Shown here: positions 12,347 through 25,900 of the stretch, piece by piece | Layout of the letters: every line of letters begins with the position of its first letter | Numbering within the stretch: position 1 is the first letter of the stretch | Origin: Hyphochytrium catenoides | Lineage: Eukaryota > Protista > Hyphochytriomycota | Length of the DNA: 64,000 nucleotides | Direction: 5' to 3' | Assembly: GCA_900088475.1 (NCBI GenBank) | Contig: FLMG01000261.1 | Coordinates: 62,001-126,000, forward strand | The notes under the pieces: generated by a model | The model's database searches: none | Told to the model about the DNA's origin: nothing | The model's input: the letters and a program-made list of their open reading frames with translations, nothing else | Program-made: the position numbers and the translations under genes

Positions 12347-13947
12347 ACCAAGGGAAAAACACGCGGTTGGACAAGCTACTTCTTTAGAAGAGGCTGCTGT
12401 AATGGTCCTTTCCAGAAAAGCACCTTTGACCTGCTTTCAAGACCTAATGAGCTTACACGCTCGAAATGGCTTGCAATCGCCCTCTATGACCAACAACGCT
12501 CGTCCCATCAGACATACTTCTGGAAACTTGATGACCTGGCACTCTCTGAAGAAGCTATAAGTCTAGATGAGACTTCGACTAGGTGACTGATAAGACAAGA
12601 TGGGCAGTCCGGAGAGAGGAGGTTGCACTCTCCTGGCTTATGTCGTAGAGTAGGTCAACTGGTCGTAAGGGTACTTATGCCAGCATCGAGTTAGGCCCTA
12701 ATTTGCCCTATCTAATGAAGGGCTGCCCCCAGAGCATCGTCCATCACGGGACCGGCGTACTGTGTCCACCTCTTGTAAGCCCATGTATGCTGGATGGAAT
12801 CGACGCACAGTAGCTCCTCGGTGTCGTATATTGGTTAGCACTATCATTCTACCATGGCCTGGAGCTGACTGAGATGAAAAAAGAGGAGGATCCTGCCAAG
12901 CACAAACCTTCCTTGTCAATACAATCAATTCCCCGTCTACAGTAGGGTTTCGCTGTAGCTGTTGCCCTTATTACGTGTAAAGCATTCCTGTTATCAGCGC
13001 AACGCTGCAGGGACAGGCATGCACTTGACTTGCCTCTTGCCGGCTTCAGGCTGAGGATGAATCTCTTCTCCGTTGTCTTGCCTACTGTACGAGTACAAGG
13101 GCTCATAGTCGGCAGCTTCATATATCTTGGAACTCCAACAAATAGCTCCAACAATGTGAACCAAGAAGGGGATAAAGGAGTGCAGATGAACACCGCGACA
13201 AGGAACCACAGACCCCATCATCTCTCTCCCCTTCTCACCAAGTCCCTTCTTCATCACTAATGAGGAACACATCAGAGGACATGCTCCACGTAAGATACAT
13301 CTCAAAGACCTTACACGACTCTTGGAGCTCAACTACCGGTAACCGCTAGCCTGGAAGGGGGGTTGCCGTTTCATCCCCCAAAAGGACTTGAAGATGCTAG
13401 GAGGGGGCACGGGGCGTACTACTACGCTTGATGACACCTAATATTATATATAAGGGCTGATAAGGTTCTCTGGATGGGAGATATTACTACGTCCAAAGGC
13501 AGGGAGGGCAGGCTTCCAACCTTTCGATGATTCGATGGAACGATCGCGCTGAAGAGAGAGTGAGAGTGCTCTGCAGGTGAAGCGTCATACTGCCTTCAAG
13601 AGATCTCTGCTGTCGCCTCGGTTCAAATGAGCAAACGCTGCTTTGTAGTTGCGTCGTTGGCACCGGTAATAGCTGGTAGTCTGGCAGACTTTTGTATGAG
13701 GGAGTAACATGTACTGTTGCTGCTCATTAGGGCTCCCCATTCCAATAACCTTGGCAAGAGCTCTATCGAATCTCAGAACAGAAAGCTGAGGTTCTAGGTA
13801 GACAAGAGATTCTGATACAACTCTTGCTTTCTTAGAGCGCCTAGGCAATGGGTGGCCTTAATGCGAAGGCAAGAAGGTAATCAGATAGGCCGTCTTTTCG
13901 AGAAGCCTCTAGAGGAAGTGCTTTCGGACGCGCTACCTCTTCTGGAC

Positions 13948-16900
13948 ATGGGTACGGGGCCTATCCTCATATTATCGCCATCAGTGGGATGGCTGTTGCT
14001 GCTTCTTATCGGCTTGANNNNNNNNNNNNNNNNNNNNNNNNNNNNNNNNNNNNNNNNNNNNNNNNNNNNNNNNNNNATCTGCAAAGTACTGACTTCACCT
14101 CTTGTTCTTATAGTGGTTTCTGGGAGTTCCGCAGATCCGACTTGTCCCATTGATGTGCCTTTGCCTCCGACCTGGGGCTTGGTCGCTCCTCTCTCCTCCG
14201 GTTCCGTCTTCGTGGAGTTTGAAACACCCCCAAACACCCAGGCGGAGGGCAACCAGGGCTCTCCCATCACTGGCTTCAAGATCGATGTCACGTCGAGAGT
14301 ACCTTCTCAACAGCTCCTGAAGATATCCTCCCTTGCGGGACCGCTCGTCGCGGGATCTTTCCAAATAAGCTTCCGTAATCAAGAGACCAGGTGCCTCGCC
14401 TATAACGCATCTGCCTGGGAGATTGAGGTAGCTTTGGAGGAGCTCGAAGCTATCGATGATGTAACAGTCACTACGGTCAGTCGTGGTCTCAATGACCTAA
14501 GTTATGCTATCACCTTTGATGGGCCCAACCTAGTCAACGGTGACCAACCTCTTGCGACTGCACTAGTCTGTTCACCCTTTTTACCCACTGGAGCAGAAGG
14601 ACGAGTGGATGTCTCACCCTTAACGACAGGTATTCCGGGTTTTGTCCCTCAAGTAGTGACGTTGGAGACTGTCTCTGCACTAGGTGAGCCTCTAGATGGG
14701 TCGATGGTACTTTCCATTGACTTTCGGGGCCATTTAGTCCAATCTACCGGCATCACTGCAACCATCATGGCCGGCTCCTCCATCGCTATTACATCAGCCT
14801 CCTTAGTGGGTAAAGTAAATAGAGGGGACAGGGTCAGAATTGGGGATCATGACTTCACGGTTCATGCAACCAATCCATTTACTGCTACACAGCTCCCGCT
14901 TGACACATATCATCCCAATGGTGTGGTGACTGCGCTAGTCAATGTAGAAGATTCTGTTTTGGGTAACGTGGCCGTCACAGCGGCTTCATCAACGGTGCAG
15001 ACAGCAGGCGATTGGAGGTCAAAGGTAAAGGTGAATGAGTACTTGAGCATCGGTGGCCATGAAGTGAAGGTGGTCGCTATTGACGCCACGAGTCTCACTT
15101 TAGCAAGTCCTTGGGCACATGGATCAACGAATCGTATCACGGCCTATGCCCGAAAGGCTGTCACAGTACCTTATGATGTCTCAGAACATGCTTTAGCTGC
15201 TGCTCTTTCCACCCTACCGGGAGCGGGTCAGGTGCAAGTATCACGGTTTGGACCCTCGCGTCTGGGCTCGTATGCGTACACGTTAACCTTTCTTTCGCGA
15301 ACAGCTTCCTATCGGTGTCCGTTATCACCGTGCCTGAAGGCTTCCCTCATTGGCAGCACCTGTTCAGGATGCGATACGAAGGTCACTGTAGTGCAAGAAG
15401 TTCTTCTTCCCTCCTTCGCTGAAGGCATGTATATCACGACAGAGATTGAGGGAGGTATTCCAGAGATTCAAAGAGTATCCCTGTTCTATTCTGTTCAAGA
15501 AGTAGTAGCTGGAGGGAGCTTTGACGTAGAGTTTGGTCCACCCACGTCTCCAACTCAGAGGGTCACTGTCCCATGGAAGTCTGATGCGCAAGACTTGAGA
15601 ACATTACTCATGAGGCTACCAGCTATTGGGCGGTTGGAGGTCAGCAACGTCAACGACAGCCAATTCGGGATCCGGCAGTGGGATGTGACATTCACATCTC
15701 TTCACGAGGATGTCCCTCTACTACGGGTGGATGGCTCTGGGCTTCCCGCTGGATCAACTATCAAAGTTCGAGAGCTAACGAAGGGCCGCCCCACCCCTGC
15801 GCAGACTGTAATAGGAGGACTCAAAGCTGGAGTGGAGTATGCAGTGAGAGTGTCATCAGTTAATCAAAATGGCCGAGGGCCAAGTACTGAGAGCATGCAA
15901 AGTTTGGGCTCTGGTCTTCAACCATTCATCTTCAGGACAGCCGAAGCTCCAGAGGCGCCAACGCTGGAGTCGATTGTGCCAGTGTCGGAGTCTGAGGTGA
16001 TGTTAAAGTACCAGCCTCCTATCCGGGACGGCGGAAACGCCATTACGAAATATAAAATTGAGTGGACTGCGGGAGACTCCTTGTCGCCTTTTGGCTCTCC
16101 TGAAGTTCAAGCGGTTACATTGTTTTCGAATCAGGAGAATGATACTGCTGGTACTTTCCGGCTCCGATTCGGAGGCGCATTTACTCAACGTCTTCCATTT
16201 GATGGGTCAGCGGCCGCCATTACCGAGGCCCTTTCCCTACTTAGTTCAAATCCACAGAAAGTTGAAAGCTCCAGACGTCCAGTTGTGGCGTCATATCTTT
16301 TGGCGCCGACGGTGACAACTTCCTCTTTAAGCGTTCCAGCACTATCTGAATGGCAATCATCCATACTGACTTCATCCACTGTCGTCCGGACTGGCGATTG
16401 TATGTTTAGAATCGTAACTGCATCCAAGACTGGTGATACCAGTTTGATGGGTACCAGGATTGGCCCAGCGTGTACTCCTTCCTTAAACCTTATTGTGGAG
16501 AGTGCTCACAACTCTGACTTTAGTGGTTTAGGTTATGAATGGCAAGTAACCTTCTCCCACAAGCTGGCTGGAAGCCCATTGCTGGGCGCTGATGTGGAAA
16601 ATGTTCGCTCTGTATCGGGCCTGTCAACAGTGGCACATTCCGTCGTCAGACTGAAACCTCCAACCACACCGCCCGGCTACGAATACTTTACTCAGACTGC
16701 CGAAGTTGAAAAGTGTGACTCCTACCTCTTAGGACCCTCAGCTCACCGACAACGTATAGTCCTGACGTCTCAGGGGACCGTCACGGCTGGTGAATATCGC
16801 ATAGCAGTGGGCTCTGCAATTACAGACTGCATCCCTTACAATGCTGCCGCTGCAGATGTGGAACAGGAGCTACGCACACTAGCTGATTTTCAGTCATTTG

Positions 16901-19900
16901 CAGTTCAGGTGGAAGCAGTTTCAACTTTTAGGCCCATTGACCTGACTGGGTTACCACCCCACTTTACCACAACTTATAATGGCCTAAGTTTGTTAACCAC
17001 AAGCGGAGCACTGCCAGCTTCAATCACTGCTGACTCAGTGATCCGGGTGGCCGCTGATCCTGCTGACTCAACCACAGATTCCTGCGATTTTAGGGTGACA
17101 GCTGTAGGTTCCCTTTTAGCTCCAGCTAGTCTCACAGTCATGGCACTATCTCCGTGTTCATCCTTTTCTGGAGAGACCCGTGCCTTTCTCTTACAAGAGT
17201 TTCCCTACAGCTATGATATTACATTGACGGGTGACGAAACATCCACAGGGTCATGGCCCATTATCACCATCCCTCCAGCAGCATTTGGTGCCGGGACATG
17301 CCAACCTTTTGCCGGGGGCAGCCATCCTCGGGCGGAAGTGATCTCGTTAGAACAACGCCAAGGCTGTTCCCCTGGTTCACCAAGTATTCAGACCATTATC
17401 GTAGATGGTGAATCTCATCTTAGCGGATACTTCACTATATCCTATCGGGGGACAGAGTCCTCCCCCATATATGTTGATGCTACAGATGGCGCCGAGATGC
17501 AGAGGATTGTCTCGTCGCTACTCGCCGACCATGATATCGTTGTCAGAGATGCCAGCTACCTCCAGCAAGGTACCTTCGGCCACGCTTGGAGGATCACTTT
17601 TGATGAGAAAAGTAGCCCTGACAAGCTAACAGTGAATGGTCTGCGGCTAAGAGGGAAGGACTCATTTGTGGAAGTAGTAGATGTTGTCACAATCAGAACA
17701 AGCGCAATGAAGCGGGACATGAGTGGCACCATAAGGCTGCATATCCACAATGAAGTGACGGGTCCAATTGCGGTGGAGGCGACCCAGTCGAAGGTTGTGG
17801 AAGAGTTGGAGAAGTTGTCGTCTATCCAATCGGCAAGATTCTTAGGCTCACAGGTTCAAAGCAGGGCCCATCCTGGATCTAAGCCTCTACAGCTGATAGT
17901 AGATACCGAAACAACGAACTCGCCCGTTCTCGTCAATATTCGACACCAAGATGGCCGCGTGGCCAACCCGTTACACTTAGTCGCCGCAGGAGATGCGGTG
18001 GAAATTGGCTTATCTTTCAGCTCCGTCATCGAGAGTCTTACAGCCTCAAGTATTACCTTGAAGCACAGCGTTGTGGCGATTCTCACGGACTCGATTGCAG
18101 AAATAGGGACACAGGTCTTGTCCATGCAGCTTCTTCCGGGTCTGCTAAGCACTGGTCCTGATGCCAGAGTTATGACGGCAACCACTGGAAATGAAGTTGT
18201 CATCCAAGCAGGTCATCGTTTGACAGTTGGAGATAGGATACAAATCGCAGGAGCGGATTATACGGTGACAAACCTCCCTTCTGCCACGACGGTCCAGTTA
18301 GACAATAGCTATGCTGGGCCAATAGTAACAGGGGGTGACCCCGCGACCTTTGCACAGAGGCTTGATATGTACCTGGTCACGGCAGATCTGACTACAGTGC
18401 TGGAGAATGGAGACCCCGTCTGGCTACGCTCTGAGGGTGGGAGGTTGGTCCGCTACAGTGTTCGAAGTATCACAGCTTCCGCTCTGCGGACCAACGAGAT
18501 CTCAAGAGAAAAGGTTATGGGCTGGAGAGCTTATAGGGATGCAAAGGGCTACGAGCATTCGGTCATCGTTCAGCCGTATAGGGGGTTGTTAGAGACATTC
18601 CGCGCATCCCCAGATATGAGCTTTCGCGGTACCGGTGCTACTTTGAGTTTTAAACGGCCGGCAGGAGCTCCTCCTTTCACAGCTATAATTGGAAATCCTG
18701 CTGCTGTGCAGGCTCTAACGCTGGTCTCAAACTCCGTTGTGGACGTCAACACGTATAGATACAGGATAACTCTAGGATCCAAGACGTCAGGAGATCTCCG
18801 GTGGGATGCTACCGCCTTGGATCTCCAAAATGCTCTCGGAGGACTGGGGTTAAGATGCGCTGCGACCAGATTCGGAGATATGTCCGAGCGTTGGGACTTC
18901 GGGTACAGCTACCGAATAACTTTCTATAGCAGCTATTCACAGTCCAACCTACCTGTTATGGTTCCCGTGCCCGTTACGGTCACTCCTGGGACATACATTC
19001 AAGCGACCATAGTCAGACCGTCTGGTTCCTTGGCAGAGTTTTTTGGAAACTTTTTCGCTTTGCGGCCGGAGACGACCTACAATTTCCGTGTCAGGGCCTT
19101 CAATCGCCGCGGATGGAGTGCCCCTAGCAATGTCGTAACAATTCGAACGGCGACCAAGGTGAGCCGGAGTTCATGGTTTCATTCTCATAGGACTGTTGAC
19201 ATGACCGCCAACCAGTAACCCACCTTCCTCTCTTCTGACCGTCAGGGTACAGTACCTTCGCCTCCACGCTCGGTTTCTTTGCTTCCTGTCCCAAATGCAC
19301 GATCATTAGACTTGCACTTTGATAGCCCAGCCTGGAGCGGTGGCCTTCCTATCACGATTTATCGAGTCCAATGGAGCACATCCCCAGACTTTAACCGAAA
19401 TGCCCTAGACGGAGGTGAAGAGATCTTGGACGTGGTCAAGGACGTCCAAATGATCAGTGTTGATTTTCGGAGGTAAAGAACGACACAACCATGTGTTTCA
19501 CTTTCCTTTTTTTGAAGGCGACTTTCACGCGTATAGCTCTTTCCTTTAACCTTTCATATTGCTATGCAGCGGTGACGACTTGAAGCAGCGGGGTGGGACT
19601 TTTTCTGTGACCTGGGGAGGGAGAACCGCCTATGACATACCCTGGAATGTTATGCCAAGACAGCTAGAGGATGCATTAGCTTCCATTCTTCGTACTATTG
19701 CCCGATTTCCCAATCCAGTAGAGGTATCGAGGGCAGTCTATCGGCAAGGATACCGCTGGAAAATAACCTTCCAAGGAATTGATGGTGATCTAGCACCACT
19801 GAAGGTCAATGGGGATGGGTTGCTTGGAGATGGACCTTCACTAGCAGTCACAAAGGTCCGGGCTGGCCAAGCCGACATCCTTATTGGTTCCTTCACTAAC

Positions 19901-22900
19901 GAGGTCCAGGTGGTTTACACTACAAGCGAATCCCCGATAGGAGGTACCTTCCGTTTATCACTGGCGGGAGAAATGACAGGTCCTCTCGGTGTTTTGGCCT
20001 CCGCTTTGGAGGTCAAGAGAGCTCTGGAACTACTGAAGTTCACAAATACCGTCTACGTAACGAGGGAGATCACAGACACTAGTAACAAACTTTGTTTGTG
20101 GAGGATTACCTTTGCCAATGCTATGGGTAGCCTTGCCGGTTCCGGAAGGCTGGCTCCTCTAGTGGTAGCGACTTCGTCGTTGACTGGTAATCAAGCTGCG
20201 ATACGCGTTAGTGATATGGTGTATGGCAGTTCACCTCGTACTTTGATGATAAAGCAGCTGATAGCTGGGCGGCCTTATTATTGCAAGGTGTCCGCCTTTA
20301 ACTCTGAAGGCTTTGGTGAACCATCATCGGTAGTGTCTGCTGTGCCTATTTCTCAGCCAAGTTCGCCCGCAGCAGTAGCCCTCTCCGTTACCTCTGCAAC
20401 TTCTCTTACGGTCAACTGGGCACCCCCGTCTATGGATGGTGGGCTTCCTGTTCAGGAGTACAGGGTGGAATGGTACACAGGGACATTTCTTAACGAGCAG
20501 CAAACGATCACTATAGGTGCTGATGCTTCGTTGCACGAGGTCCAAGCTGTTCGCTCCGCCGCCGATCGCCCAGGGCTGCAGGGTTATTTCACGTTATCTT
20601 TCAAAGGAGAAACTACGGACAGGATCTCTTGGAACGCTCCTGCTGTTGGAACCGGGTCGGTGCAAGCTGCCCTACACAAGCTTTCAACCGTCGGAACCGT
20701 TGCGGTGCAACGGTCTGTCTCGGCCAAGCTAATATCCAATTTCCTCGTAGGGGTTGCCCAAGGATCTGATTCTGTGAGCTTGGAGTCGTCACCAGGGACA
20801 CAGACGCTGGGTGATGTGCTTCAGCCCAACGACTTGATTTGGATCAGTGACAAACAGTTCGAAGTAGCCTCAATAGGTCCTGGTGGTCTAGCAGTGACAG
20901 TGGTCCCGGCCTACGACCTTGATACTCCATCTTCGCCCCAGTTGATATATAAAGAAGCATATGGGTATTCGTGGACGATAACCTTCTTGCGAGGTCACGT
21001 CGGAGACCAGCCTTTGATGGTTGCAGCTCCAGCGGATAACTGGGCTGGGGTCAACCCCACTCTGGACGTCATCGGTCTGCAGGACGGCGCAAACGCTCTT
21101 TATGGTTTCTATTCGCTTAAAATGGACACAGCCGACGCTAGCGAACGTACTCCACTAGTACCTTGGAATGCCTCTTCAGATGACGTGAGGCTCGCGGTGA
21201 GCGCTCTCTCCGCTGTCTCCGACCTAAATGTTACCAGGAACATCAATGGCCAAGGCTATGATTGGCATTTAACCTTTACACAAGAAGTTGTGGATGACTT
21301 GAAAGTCTTATCTTCTGATACACAACTTCTCAGTGGTCCGAGTGCCAGAGTCCTTGTTTCAAGAACAGTTCCAGGGACAATGCCTTCTAACTACGGAATT
21401 GCCAGTGTTCCACGAAGTGCAGGGTCTACCTCTTACACTATCACAAATCTGACACCAGGTCTCAGCTATTTTGTAAAGGTGTCTGCCGTTAGTTCAGCAG
21501 GAAAGAGCAAGCCAGCGATCCCGAATCCTCCCTTTGCGGTTCCGCGTACAGTGCCCCAGCCTCCAGCTGACGTATTAGCTCTCGCTCTGTCCAATAGAGC
21601 TCTAAAGGTGTCGTGGAACTATCCCGCTAGCGATGGCGGAAGTAGGGTCCAAAGGTACCTTGTGCAATGGGACTCGCATGACGACTTTCGAAATGCCAGA
21701 CGAGGTTCTCAGTCGGCGGCGGTTCTCGAAAGCGTCTTTCCTCCTGGACAAAGGAGGTTTCTGAACATTCCGGTGCCCTATGAGTCTGTTATGTTCATCC
21801 GAGTAACTGCGGTGAATGACCTGGGCCCATCCCCGCCCCAACTTGCAACTCCAAAGCCCGTACGAGCCCGACAGCAGCTCCCTGGGTCTCCGCTCAATGT
21901 TAAAGTACAGCCAACTTCTGCAGCTAGCCTGCTTGTCTCATGGGACCCCCCTAGTTCGGACTTGCCGTTTTATGGCGGAGATGGGTAAGGATACATTGCT
22001 GCATTGGCCCCTGCTTCTTTGTACATTGTCTACATGACTCAATGACTATCCTTCTTCCACAGGGGTTCAGACATCTTGAAGTACGTCATCGAGGTCGATG
22101 ACTTTCCTGACTTTACAAACAACGTACAGCGATTCACAATTGAAGCATCAACCAACAACGTATTTCCGGTTGGCAGAAGAGATCCTATGACTGGTGTCCA
22201 AAGCTCGATATTGGATCCCACTAAGACCTACTACGTCAGGTAAATAGAGTTTAGAAGGGCCTTGAACTTCCTATTTGTCCGATTCTAAAATGTCCTCTTC
22301 CCTAACGTCATTGTAGAGTCTCAGCCGTGACTAGTGTTGGGGTTGGCACTCCTGGATATACCGCCAGTGGAGTCGCCCCTGCTATTGGTCTGCCGTCCGC
22401 ACCACGAATGAGATCAGCACGTCCAGCATCGGTCCTTTCTGCCACTTCCATCCTGGCTGAATGGGATGTACCTGAGAGTGATGGCGGCCACTCTATCGAC
22501 GGCTTCAACGTCCAGTGGGATGTTGATGGTAGCTTCAATAGCAGCGGACTTGTTCAAGAAACATTTGTTCCAGCAGTAAAGGAGGCACAAACCGTCGCTA
22601 TCCTGGCAGATGCCGAAATACCTGAACAATGGATTACTCTCACCACTGCGGTAGTGAACGAAAGACAGACAGTGCGGACAACTGCGGTTGGAGTCGATGA
22701 GGTTCAGACTATCCAGACCGTGGGTCCTGCAGCTGTTGATGAGATCCAGACATTCACAACTAGCGCACCGGATGTTGATGAAATCCAGGAATTACGTATC
22801 TCTGCCCCACATCGTGCCGAGATTCAGCACATAAGGACTTCAGCCACCGAAGTCACAGAGGTGCAGACAATCCATTTGGCGGTTTTAGCCCAGCCAGAGG

Positions 22901-25900
22901 TTCAAGAAATCAAGGTATTCTATCCTTCTGCAGCCAACCGCGGGGCTATAGGAGGGACCTTTACTCTACGGCATAACACGCAGACTTGCGCTTTTTGTAC
23001 CTCGCGGCTGGATTCATCCGCACTGAATATAGATCCGTCGCTGCCTGGTTCTTTGCAAACGGAGCTGAACAACCTGCACGGTCCTTCAGCTGTAACTGTG
23101 GTAGAGACAGAAGTAGCTAGCGGGCCAGGCTGGGAACTGACGTACACGATAACCTTCAGCGGAAACGCCCTTTCTGGCGATGTGCCTCAGCTCGAGCTGG
23201 CCGCCAGCTCCACCTACACCACCGGAACCCCAACAATTGCGGCGGCATTCACCTTTGCAACGACTCAAGATGGCAACGAGCCTTCCGGCACATTTAAGTT
23301 GCGCAACCCTTGCGAAGCGTATTCGGATCCGACCGGAACTCCTCCATATCAGACTTCAGTGTGTGAGCCTCTAGTACTTTGCAGCAACTGTGTGCAAGCC
23401 TTCGATGGTAGTACCTTGACTCTGTCAATGGCCCTGGGTTCCATAAGTGAGGGGAGTCTGGTGATGGTCAATAATTGTCAGCNNNNNNNNNNNNNNNNNN
23501 NNNNNNNNNNNNNNNNNNNNNNNNNNNNNNNNNNNNNNNNNNNNNNNNNNNNNNNNNNNNGGGTAGTTGATTGGCCAATAGTGTCTGCCAGTCGCATTCA
23601 AAGCATGCTCGGGCAGCTTCTTAACCTTGACGGGGTCACTGTTACCAATCGAAACGTTCTGCGGAATTCGGATGGGTGGATTGGTCTGACAGCTGATGTT
23701 ACCTTTTTGCAGAGTCATGGAACACTACCTTTGCTTCAGTGCGACATGTCAACCGTCAGCTCTACCTCCAACGGAGCTCCTTGTACTTCCCCAAGCTGCA
23801 CATGCGACGTCGTAAGGACTAGAATTGGCAGCCTTCTTCAGGGTGATTTCAGCATTAGCATCGAGAGACAGTTTGGTCCCTTGACGTTTTCTGATCCCCT
23901 TACTTTCCCTTGGGATGTGGATAGCGCAAAACTCGCTTCTGTGTTGAGCAGCTATACAGCCTCTACCGCTCCATCTGAAAAACCTTTTGGAACCGTATCC
24001 GTAAGTCGACAGGCCTATATTCCCAGTGGGAACTCAAAATGGTCTGGAGGTTATCTGTGGGCTATTACGTTTCTAGATCGAGGTAAGTTCCGAGATAGCC
24101 TGTGGGAGACCGCTTGATCCTTACTCTCTGCATCGTAGGCTGGGACGTCCCCAAAATGGTTGTCAATGGAGCTAGTTTGAGCTGTACAGCAGCGGCATGC
24201 ACCTCAACTATAGCTGTAGAGGATATGACTTCCCCATTTGCGGTTGATCCTACCACCGCCTCTGTCGACGGTAATGAGATACGCGGATCCTTCTCTTTGA
24301 CATTTCGAGGACAGACAAGAGCATTCATGCTTGGTACGGATACAACGGCAGACCCTGAAACTGCCTACATCACATCCCTGGCAGATGGCAACTTTAAGAC
24401 TGCATTGACCGGCTTGGGAGGATTAGGACCTGGGAATATAGTCACTCGATCCGCTGCAGATTCTGCCAGAGGTTATACCTGGACCATCACCTTCTCGGAT
24501 TCTGCCAACGGCGGATTACTTCCGTTGCTTCAGATTGATTGTTCGGGTCTCACTGGGATAGGTGTTGCTTGCTCGGCGCTACAAACTCGGAAAGGGAACA
24601 CTCTTGCGGGATCCTTCACGCTTACGTTTGACGGCTACACAACACCAGCACTGAACGCTAAGTCCACTGAGCTCGAGGTCCAGGCGGCACTAAGTGCTCT
24701 TCCCTCCATTGCTCCGTCACGCGTGGCGGTAACACGATCTGCACCCTCAGAGGTCTCTGGCTTTACTTGGAGTGTTACTTTTACGTCCAGTAAATGGGTG
24801 AATCCGACAGTCGACCATTCAACCCTGCAACCTGGCAACTGGGTTGGCTCTGCCGCCAGCTGGTACGCGACGTGGCCATCGGGTTACTCAAAGGCTTGGG
24901 GAAAGAATGTAGGTAGTTTATGGGCCAATGCTAGACGATTGGGTTGCGACTCCAGTGGACTTACCGGTTCCAACACTATAAGTACAGCGATATCGTGTAC
25001 CGCAGATGTTGCGAGGGCAGGTGTTGGACCATTACTTGGAACTTTCCAGCTTAGCCTAGATACGACTGGACATCCTGTAATTGGCACGAAGGGAAGCTAC
25101 GCTACTGTCATGATTCCGCACAACGTTCATGCTTCAAGTACAGACAGTGGATCAGACGGCTCGTCGCTTCAGGAGATTCTTGAGGCTATGCCCAATGTAG
25201 GGAAGGTGGCGGTACGACGCAGTGCTGTTGACCCGGCGAACGGCGGCTACACGTGGACGGTGACATTCCTCTACGACAAAGAGGGCGTTTGCCAACAAAG
25301 AGACACCGCGACCAATCTATGTAATGCGCCCGGTGATGTCCCGGAGCTTCAGGTGACAGGAGCCTCTACCATCTTACCAAGTATATGCCCTGACCCAGCC
25401 CAGTGCATCAATGGCGTAGTTCTTCGAGGTACCTTCTCTACATTCAAGGTCAGCGGAGATCCAGACATTTTGAAGGGTTGCGAAGCTTGTGTAGTGACCT
25501 GTGAAAATGACGACTGTATTACAACCAACACTCTTGCCGTGTCGGGGTATGACGCCACTGTGGAACTGTCGCGATTTCTTTCTGGAGGTACACATATCTC
25601 TGTGGGAGGTGGGACACCATGCAACTTCGAAGTAGCTGAGGTCTCTTCAGCAGTCACCAACAGCCATATTCTGGTGAAAGCAGGGCATGGGTGCAGTACA
25701 GTTGGCGCTGGCGGGCCTCTGAGAATAGTACTACAGTGGAACGCAACACCGCGTCAAGTGCAGCAAGCTCTCGAATCTTCCTCTGACCTATCTAAGGAGA
25801 CAGGGTTATGGAAGGCGTCGGGACGTGTTGTAAATGTAACGAGGACTGTATTAGGCAAGTATGGCGATATGATATGGAACGTACGCTTTGTATCAAATCC

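Noticed and set aside
13852-13947. ORF-track start (GTG 13852) of the 1788-aa ORF
   Set aside because: Non-ATG start in a eukaryote. The ORF is stitched through an N gap that likely contains an intron, and ATG 13948 gives a better signal peptide.
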